A stretch of 64,000 bases of DNA from Methanobacteriota archaeon. Lineage in GTDB: Archaea; Thermoplasmatota; Thermoplasmata; SG8-5; JAGLSY01. The position numbers and the translations under genes were made by a program. Shown here piece by piece: positions 57,007 to 64,000 of the stretch. The DNA lies in assembly GCA_020696385.1 (NCBI GenBank), contig JAEHCQ010000001.1, forward strand, positions 416,001 through 480,000, written 5' to 3'. The notes under the pieces are model-generated. The model had not been told where the DNA came from and made no database searches. It saw nothing but the letters and a program-made list of their open reading frames with translations. Position 1 is the stretch's first letter. Each line of letters begins with the position of its first letter.

Positions 57007-57424
57007 GAATGAAGAAGAGTGCGAAACAGATAGTAGGGAAAAAGTAGCTAATGCCATCTGGGTGACCATTGGAACTATATCCCTAGCCTTTGGAATAATA
57101 GGTATAGCTTTGCCATTGCTCCCAACAACACCATTCCTTCTTCTCTCGGCAGCCTGTTACTGCCGAGGCTCTGAAAAAATGCACACGTGGTTACTTGAGC
57201 ATAAATTATTTGGAAGGTATATCAGGGATTACCAGGAGAAGAGAGGAATAAGGAAAAAGGCCAAGATAACAGCCATTGTCACCATGTGGGCCTCCATACT
57301 GTTATGTGCCTGGTATATGGGTTATTCAGAGATCATGCCTGATATAATTATGTATGTCCAGATCCTTTTATTGATCATAGCCTCTGGAGTTACAATTCAT
57401 TTGTTAAAACTAAAAACTCTGTGA
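57005..57424 (+). CDS. YbaN/DUF454 family membrane protein
   Basis: GIIGIALPLLPTTPFLLLSAAC..RGS...H.WLL.H..FG. Confidence 0.92.
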   Translation: MNEEECETDSREKVANAIWVTIGTISLAFGIIGIALPLLPTTPFLLLSAACYCRGSEKMHTWLLEHKLFGRYIRDYQEKRGIRKKAKITAIVTMWASILLCAWYMGYSEIMPDIIMYVQILLLIIASGVTIHLLKLKTL

Positions 57425-57592
57425 TCATTATTTATTATTAAAGAATACATAATGAAACTGAACAGCGTTTATCTGATCCAGTATAATTGATAACTTTTTC
57501 TCAAAATACAGAAGTGGAATATTACTTTTGAGAATTGCCAGTGGCGGCAAAAACTACTAATATCATGGAGATAATGCTTCGCTCGGTATCAA

Positions 57593-58561
57593 ATGGATGG
57601 CAGTCTGAAAAGTAAATCAAAGAGCGTGCTTATCGAACTCTCAAGGATTAATGAATGGGCGATCATCTCAATCAGCCTCACATTATTTGTTTTCTTACCG
57701 AATATGTATGTTATCAATGAGGGGGTTCTCACACCCGAGATCATATTCGAGCTTTTCACATCCGTTAGCCTGTATGTCGCCCTGACAATAGTCTTCACGA
57801 TCCAGATATTCCTCTTTGCCAGTAATGATTATTATGACAGGCACGTGGATGCTCTGGATGAGGGAAAAAGACAGAGAAATCCAGTATGCGCTGGACGGGT
57901 GACTGAGAAGGAAGTAAAGACTCTGCTCATCGTGACCGCCATCATACCACTGGTCCTTTCATTATATTTCAATCTATACGCTTTCTTATTGACAGCCTTC
58001 ACTGTTTTCGTCTACTTCTTCTACACCGCGGAACCTCTAAGGTTCAAGAACAAAGTGGGGCTTGATGTATTGAGCCATGCGACACTTATCAATTCATTTC
58101 CATATATCTTCAGCCTTGTCGCTCTTAATTATTATGTGCCTGGCATAATCTATCTTCTCATTATCATAATGATGAGAAGCGCCATCGCCCAGATCCTTCA
58201 GGAAGTTAGGGACCACGATATTGATAAAAAAGCAGAGACCAATACCGTGATATACCTGGGACAGAAAAAGGCAGTCTGGCTTGTATTTTCCATATGGCTG
58301 ACCATGACCATCGGAAGTGCGGTGCTTCTTTTGACACACTATTTATTTGGAATTGGTATCTCCCTATTCTACCTGTTCGTGATGTTCATCACCATCTCGT
58401 ATGCTCCCACCTTTTACAAGCTGGTCAAGGCAGATAATTATTCTGAAATAATTGAAAAGCAATGGATGGGACAGGGCAGAACGAATAAGCAGCTTGGCCT
58501 TTCCTATGGTTTGCCAGTTATCGCCTATCTCTTCATACTGTTCTTCTTTTTATTGAAATGA
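57593..58561 (+). CDS. UbiA-family prenyltransferase
   Basis: NDYYDRHVD, Y...PLRFKN, EVRDHDID Asp-rich motifs; multiple TMs. Confidence 0.85.
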   Translation: MDGSLKSKSKSVLIELSRINEWAIISISLTLFVFLPNMYVINEGVLTPEIIFELFTSVSLYVALTIVFTIQIFLFASNDYYDRHVDALDEGKRQRNPVCAGRVTEKEVKTLLIVTAIIPLVLSLYFNLYAFLLTAFTVFVYFFYTAEPLRFKNKVGLDVLSHATLINSFPYIFSLVALNYYVPGIIYLLIIIMMRSAIAQILQEVRDHDIDKKAETNTVIYLGQKKAVWLVFSIWLTMTIGSAVLLLTHYLFGIGISLFYLFVMFITISYAPTFYKLVKADNYSEIIEKQWMGQGRTNKQLGLSYGLPVIAYLFILFFFLLK

Positions 58562-58649
58562 ATGCACCCGAAACTAATTGTCGAGTCAGCATGTTGATTC
58601 AAATAGATATTCAATAATTATAAATATCAATTATCCACTCCATAATTCA

Positions 58650-59822
58650 ATGGGACAGGAACTTCTGGAGCGTGGATTGACCGCCAAAGAGAGGATCATC
58701 ATTCACCTGAAAGACCATTGGAACTTCAAGGATGAGATGGAGTGCCCTTTCGAGATCACACAGGCGGGCATATCGGAGATTACTGGACTTACATTATCAC
58801 ATATCCCTCGAAATATCAAGAAGATGAAAGATGAGGGGCTTTTAACAGAGGGGAAGGCCTATGTGAAAGGAAAGAGCCGGAGATACAAAGTGTATCATCC
58901 AACCCAAAAAGGACTGAAGCTGGGTAGGTCCCTTATCAAGGAGATCGGAAAGACCTCCGTCATTTACAATGATGAGAGTATGATGGTGCAGGATATCCTG
59001 AAGATAGAAAAGGGGCTGGCTATGTCTGTCATTGCCTCGCTTCTTGGAGAATCCACCAAAAAGTCAGCGGCTGGAAAAAAGAAGGTGGGATATCATGGAA
59101 GCATACCAGATACAGATGGCTTTGTAGACAGGGACGAAGAGCTAGAGGAATTGAGATCTCTTTTTTCAGAAGACATAACGAAGCTCATCATGATATACGG
59201 CAGCCAGGGTTATGGAACCAGCTCACTGGCCTCCAAGTTCATCAAACATATCGGGAACCGATGGAGTAGTGTTATTTGGATAGATATAAAGAAGAAGCTG
59301 GATGACACATTGGAACAGTTATACAACCATATTATCGCATCCGGGCAGGATGGGATCACGAAGGAAATAATATTCAATCCTCATACTCTTATCTCATATC
59401 TGGCAAATAAGAAGATGGTCATTGTCTTTGATGGATATTTTGAAGTAGGTGAGGCCAGTGTGGAGTATTTCTCTGGCCTTGTGGAAAAGTTGAAGGAAGT
59501 TGATGGGTTGAAGATGATCGTGACCGCCAGGGAGGATACCGCCTCCTACAATCGCTTCTACACGATAATGGACATCCATGATTCCAGTGTTCAGGAGATC
59601 CATGTCAAGAGAATGGACATGGCATCCTGTCGCGCACTACTCGGCGTTAGTGATCTGGATGATGATGCATTGAGAAGACTCTATGCCTTCACAAGGGGGA
59701 GCCCATCCATAATGAAGACACTGGCCAGTGATGATATATCCTATATAGAGGAGAGGACCAGCTTTTCCAGAGAGGAGATTAAGCTGATGCTTCACCTTAA
59801 GACCCTGAGGATTGATAATTAG
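58650..59822 (+). CDS. winged-helix plus STAND/NB-ARC-like NTPase-domain protein with degenerate Walker A
   Basis: ITQAGISE..G....HIPR HTH; FVDRDEEL, IMIYGSQGYGTSSLA, VIVFDG, IVTAR, TRGSP; start re-set to 58650 downstream of TATA-like ATTATAAA. Confidence 0.72.
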   Translation: MGQELLERGLTAKERIIIHLKDHWNFKDEMECPFEITQAGISEITGLTLSHIPRNIKKMKDEGLLTEGKAYVKGKSRRYKVYHPTQKGLKLGRSLIKEIGKTSVIYNDESMMVQDILKIEKGLAMSVIASLLGESTKKSAAGKKKVGYHGSIPDTDGFVDRDEELEELRSLFSEDITKLIMIYGSQGYGTSSLASKFIKHIGNRWSSVIWIDIKKKLDDTLEQLYNHIIASGQDGITKEIIFNPHTLISYLANKKMVIVFDGYFEVGEASVEYFSGLVEKLKEVDGLKMIVTAREDTASYNRFYTIMDIHDSSVQEIHVKRMDMASCRALLGVSDLDDDALRRLYAFTRGSPSIMKTLASDDISYIEERTSFSREEIKLMLHLKTLRIDN

Positions 59823-59829
59823 ATCCAGT

Positions 59830-60261
59830 TCAAATATCGAACAATACCTGGACAGTGTTTTTCACCGCGTCGATTTCCAGCATGTGATACGTCACTGCCT
59901 TGATCTCGGTCTTCAAAGAGTGTTTGCCCATATCCAAAGTCTCGCCCCGGATGACTGCATCCAGCTTTTGAATTGTGGAATCCTCATTATCCTGGATGTG
60001 AACCTCGAACTCGGAGAATATAGTATCTTCGACTTCGAACAGGTACAAAAGTTCGGAGAGCCAGTCGACCAAAAGTTGCTCCATGTCTGGAGCTTCAATT
60101 TCCACCTTGAATTCCTTATCATTTCCGACCTTTTCCACATCGGTCATTTGGGAGAACATGGCGAAAGCCGCATTTTGAAAAGCCTCCGGTATACTATCAC
60201 CGAAGGCTTTGATCGCGATGTCAGCCGTATGATCGATGGTCTCGAACCTTTGGTTCACCAT
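59830..60261 (-). CDS. archease
   Basis: IDHTADI, LLVDWLSELLY, EIKAVTYH, C-terminal FDI. Confidence 0.95.
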   Translation of the reverse strand: MVNQRFETIDHTADIAIKAFGDSIPEAFQNAAFAMFSQMTDVEKVGNDKEFKVEIEAPDMEQLLVDWLSELLYLFEVEDTIFSEFEVHIQDNEDSTIQKLDAVIRGETLDMGKHSLKTEIKAVTYHMLEIDAVKNTVQVLFDI

Positions 60262-60265
60262 ATGC

Positions 60266-60778
60266 TTAGAGTCCCTTAGCATATTCGAATACATTACCAG
60301 CAGCCAGTATATCCTTTTGGACAGTCGAAAGAGGCATGGTCCTGCCTATGACGAGGCCATCCTTTTCCATGGTGCCAGAGTCTGTATCGATGCTTACGAC
60401 ATCCCCGGTAGAAAGTGCGGAGATGTCCAGTTCCTTGATAGTGAGTATCGGATAGCCAGAGTTGATGGCATTTCTTTTGTATATGGCCCCGTATGAATTG
60501 GCCAGTATGCAGGTGACACCCAAATTATCAAAGCAATCCACCGCCTGCTGCCTTGATGAGCCAGACCCGAAGTTCGCGCCAACCACGACGATATCCTGAG
60601 GCTGAGCTTTCTTCGCGAAATCCTCATATCCCTTCAGATTGTCAAAGGTGTATTGCCCCATCTGGGACTTGTCAGTTATTGCCAGGTATTTGTTATGATA
60701 GATCATGTCCGTATCGATGTCGTCCATCAACTGGCCATCCTCGAATATGAGCCAGATCCTTCCTTTATAAACCGTCAT
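60266..60778 (-). CDS. LeuD/HacB-family dehydratase small subunit
   Basis: DDIDTD, GANFGSGSSR, IYKRNAINSG. Confidence 0.9.
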   Translation of the reverse strand: MTVYKGRIWLIFEDGQLMDDIDTDMIYHNKYLAITDKSQMGQYTFDNLKGYEDFAKKAQPQDIVVVGANFGSGSSRQQAVDCFDNLGVTCILANSYGAIYKRNAINSGYPILTIKELDISALSTGDVVSIDTDSGTMEKDGLVIGRTMPLSTVQKDILAAGNVFEYAKGL

Positions 60779-62029
60779 TTACTTGACCTCCTCTTTTGTC
60801 GCTATACGCCCAAGCAGAGCGGAAGCCGCTGCAGTCTCGGGAGAAGCCAGGTATGTGAATCCCGCTCCCTGCTTTCCAGTGAAGTTTCGATTGGAGGTGG
60901 ATACCTGCACCTGTCCTTCACCGGTCATACCGATCTGACCGGATGCACATCCTCCGCATCCGGGATTTGATATAAGGAAGCCTGCATCCATCAGTGTTTC
61001 AAGCACGCCTTCCTTCATGAGTCTGATATAGCCACGCCTTGTGGCTGGTACCACGGAGCCGAATACTCCTGACTTGATCCTCTTGCCTTTCACGACATCG
61101 GCGGCTGCTTTGATATCCTCGTACCTGCCATTGGTGCAGGAACCGATGAAGACCGAGTCAACTTGGACATCGTTTACTGTTTCAACATCCACCACATCAT
61201 GGGGTTTTCCAGGTCTTGATATCTGAGGCTTCAAGCCGCCGATATCAACAGTCACATTTCCAGAATAGATCGCATCCGCATCTGGAGCGATGCCCTGGAC
61301 TGGTGAACCACGAGCTGCGCCACATTCCTTCAGCACAAGGTCATTAGGCTGAAGAAGGGCGATTATCGAGCTCATCTCGGTCGCCATTGAGGCCAGTGTT
61401 ATCCTGCCAGAAAGATCGAGCTTGTCGATCGCAGACCCGAAGAATTCCTCTGCCTTTCCCAAAGCTGTCTTTGTACCGAGAGTTCCGACGGTCTTCAATG
61501 TCAGATCCCTTGCAGTACAATTAGCAGGTAGATCTCCCTCGACATCTATCCTCACGGTCTCTGGAACCTCGAACCATGTCTTGCCAGCTTTGAAAACAAA
61601 GGCAATGTCCTGATCGCCCATTCCCTGACCGAAAGCTCCTATGGCCCCAAGGATATTGAGATGGGAATCTGTGCCGACCCCTGTCTCTCCGGGAGCCAGT
61701 AATCCTTCCTCGATCATCACATGCGAACCGATTCCCGCATCCACATCATACACGCGCACATCCTGTTCCTTGGCATATTTCCTGCATATGTGCTGATTAT
61801 TGGCATATGCGATGGTATTGGCCGGTACATTGCAATCGAAGGTGAAGTAAGTCTTTGAACGATCATTCACCTTTTCTCCGGGGTAATATGTGTTCATGTT
61901 CTTGACCACATTCGCTCCTCCAAAATCCCTGGCCGATCTCACATCGATACCGATCCAAATAATCTTTCCTGGCTCTGCGTCTTCATTGGAATGCTTCTGC
62001 ATTATTTTCTCGATCATGGTTTGACCCAT
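60779..62029 (-). CDS. LeuC/HacA-family (aconitase-type) dehydratase large subunit
   Basis: GTDSH, FIGSCTNGR, PGCGGC, STSNRNF.GKQG, YLASP; start MGQT at 62029 with GGAGGT. Confidence 0.92.
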   Translation of the reverse strand: MGQTMIEKIMQKHSNEDAEPGKIIWIGIDVRSARDFGGANVVKNMNTYYPGEKVNDRSKTYFTFDCNVPANTIAYANNQHICRKYAKEQDVRVYDVDAGIGSHVMIEEGLLAPGETGVGTDSHLNILGAIGAFGQGMGDQDIAFVFKAGKTWFEVPETVRIDVEGDLPANCTARDLTLKTVGTLGTKTALGKAEEFFGSAIDKLDLSGRITLASMATEMSSIIALLQPNDLVLKECGAARGSPVQGIAPDADAIYSGNVTVDIGGLKPQISRPGKPHDVVDVETVNDVQVDSVFIGSCTNGRYEDIKAAADVVKGKRIKSGVFGSVVPATRRGYIRLMKEGVLETLMDAGFLISNPGCGGCASGQIGMTGEGQVQVSTSNRNFTGKQGAGFTYLASPETAAASALLGRIATKEEVK

Positions 62030-62275
62030 ATAATGACCTCCTAATCTGAGCTCATTATGCGATATTGTGAATATCACCCAATGAACTCCGAACCCTGAAA
62101 TGAGCAGGTTGCTTAATAACTTTACACTGAATATATTTCACATATTTGGTATACGAACTATCAATAATTCAATAAACGAAACTATATTAATCCAATAAGG
62201 AGATGTCCATGTCAAGGGAGTTAAGTGGAATTAACGTATTCCAGATAACTTATAATATATCGGAGGAAAAGAAAA

Positions 62276-63706
62276 ATGATAACTTTTAGTGACAAACAGC
62301 TGAAATCACCAAAGATGCAGAGACCTGTGTATCTTGTCACTGGTGGAATGTCCAAGTTTGCAAGGGCATTCCCGGACAAGAGAACCGAGGAACTGGTCAT
62401 TGATGCAATGACAGAGGCAGCGGAGTTCATAAACATGACACCTGCCCAGCTGAAGAAGTATATCCATACTTGCTACTACGGCCATTTCGCTGACCATTTT
62501 GGCGACCAGCTTCTTGGCGAGTCTGTGATACATGACCGTCTTGGACTGGATCCACTCGGCAACATAGGTGTGAAGACAGGTGGAGCAACAGGAGGCTCGA
62601 CCTTGTGGGAAGCCTACAAGACCGTGGCATCTGGTTACTCGGACTGCACACTGGCCATGGGCTGGGAGAGAATGGATGAAGTGCCAACAGATGAAGGGAA
62701 CAATTACATATCCTTCGCTGCGGACAAAGATTGGGAAACACCAATGGGACACATATACACTGGCTACTACGCAGTCATGGCCCAGAAGTACTGGCAGGTA
62801 TTTGGAAAGGAAGAGGATTCTTTCCGCAGGACAATGGCCGAGATAGCGGTCAAGAACCGTGGCTATGCCAGATTCAACCCCCATGCCCAGGGACCAATGA
62901 AGATCACAGTGGAGGATGTTCTTAACTCGCCCACAGTGGCCTACCCATTACTGGCACTGGACTGTTGTCTGATGAGCGTTGGTGCCGCATGCGGTATACT
63001 GGCCGATGAGAAGACAGCTTATGAGATGACCGACAATCCACTGAGGATCGACATTGGTGCAGGTAGCCATACTCTTAGGGTGGCAGACAGGCGTAACATG
63101 GAGATCCCGCTTTTGCCAAATGAAACAAAGGATCAATACGCAGATCTGGCTCAGAGATTCCCTGGAAGCGATAGATATCCTGGATTCACAGGATTCCTGG
63201 CTGCTAGAGTTGCAGCTCACTATGCCTACAATATGACTGGCATCAAGGATCCAACAGAAGATATGGATCTGGTCGAATTGCACGATGCTTTCACGATAAG
63301 CGATATCCAGACATACGAGGATATCGGTATTCGCCCATACGGTGAGGGAAGGACATACGTGGAATCAGGTGACTGTTACCACACCAACCCTAACACAGGA
63401 CAGCCAGGTAAATTACCGGCTAACTTGAGTGGTGGGCTTCTTGGAAACATGCACTCTGTAGGAGCGACTGGCATCATGCAGGTTCTGGAAATAGGACACC
63501 ACATCTGGGACAGATGGGCAGAGATGCACGGCGATGAGAAGAAATGGGCCAAGTTCGACAGGCAGAAACCAGAGGACTGGACGGACCTGCAGGTCAAGGG
63601 CGCGAAGCGCGGTCTGGCCATCAGCCACGCAGGTGTAGGATCACATGTGACATGTACCATCTTACAACATCCGGACAAGATACTCCCAGGAGGGATGTTT
63701 GAATGA
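62276..63706 (+). CDS. thiolase-fold protein lacking the canonical catalytic Cys
   Basis: AVKNR, NPHAQ, ELHDAF, NLSGGLL..MHSVGATG; VKTGGATGG where CASG is expected. Confidence 0.85.
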   Translation: MITFSDKQLKSPKMQRPVYLVTGGMSKFARAFPDKRTEELVIDAMTEAAEFINMTPAQLKKYIHTCYYGHFADHFGDQLLGESVIHDRLGLDPLGNIGVKTGGATGGSTLWEAYKTVASGYSDCTLAMGWERMDEVPTDEGNNYISFAADKDWETPMGHIYTGYYAVMAQKYWQVFGKEEDSFRRTMAEIAVKNRGYARFNPHAQGPMKITVEDVLNSPTVAYPLLALDCCLMSVGAACGILADEKTAYEMTDNPLRIDIGAGSHTLRVADRRNMEIPLLPNETKDQYADLAQRFPGSDRYPGFTGFLAARVAAHYAYNMTGIKDPTEDMDLVELHDAFTISDIQTYEDIGIRPYGEGRTYVESGDCYHTNPNTGQPGKLPANLSGGLLGNMHSVGATGIMQVLEIGHHIWDRWAEMHGDEKKWAKFDRQKPEDWTDLQVKGAKRGLAISHAGVGSHVTCTILQHPDKILPGGMFE

Positions 63707-64000
63707 GTTGCGGATGCGAAGAGAACAGAGGCACAGTGAAGGTCGTGAATGGAAGATACAAGCCAAGTGGCAAGTTTCATTTCCCACAGCCAAACACACC
63801 CATCAGGAACGAACAGGGTGTGTTGCTGGGTATAACTAATCCACGTGACATCGTCCACATGCATTCATATGGCGGCGAGGCCATCTTCTTCGAGAGCCTC
63901 GGAAAAGGAAAGCTGATGGCGTCCAGATGTGATAATTCAGATTGTGAAACAACCGGCTCCATCTACATGCCTTTCAGGATCCACTGCCCGGATTGCCTTG
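63703..64000 (+). CDS. DUF35 Zn-ribbon/OB-fold thiolase partner (runs off window)
   Basis: ATGA overlap with the thiolase; MSCGCEE...FFESLGKGKLMASRC..SDC...IYMPFRIHCPDC. Confidence 0.85.
   Translation, partial: MSCGCEENRGTVKVVNGRYKPSGKFHFPQPNTPIRNEQGVLLGITNPRDIVHMHSYGGEAIFFESLGKGKLMASRCDNSDCETTGSIYMPFRIHCPDCL

Noticed and set aside
59812-60279. 155-aa plus-strand ORF
   Set aside because: Antisense shadow of archease.

Overview
Archaeal chromosome segment. Membrane-bound LonB, uS15 next to a RecJ-like DHH protein, archease, ABCE1, an ATP-dependent DNA ligase and TATA-type promoters point to Archaea; Thermoplasmatota is plausible but is only an inference. Housekeeping genes at both ends flank a ~41.5 kb head-to-tail array (9030-50576) of 12 paralogous secreted proteins of 736-1783 aa. 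All 12 share one chassis: Sec signal peptide, beta-propeller-like region, acidic Ig-like domain, and a ~150-aa terminal domain. That last domain ends in G-x-Y-x-A-x-I-x-F-x-I-x-Y-x, the Gly(-14)/Tyr(-2) pattern of chaperone-usher pilins, with no membrane anchor. Each paralog except one 'empty' copy carries different cargo inserted into the propeller: Kelch, GloVer repeats, beta-helix, DNRLRE, LamG, DUF2341 or jelly-roll domains, nested up to five layers deep. The C-terminal module shows patchwork homogenisation between paralogs. My best reading is an undescribed modular archaeal adhesin or pilus-tip system; this is inferred, not tested. Smaller items: an unannotated 31-aa CxxC microprotein, IS200/IS605-like hairpin relics, a 33-bp palindromic tandem repeat, a Cys-less thiolase-like protein with a DUF35 partner, and a wHTH-STAND-like protein with a degenerate P-loop. 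Family names come from motif recognition by eye; no database search was run.
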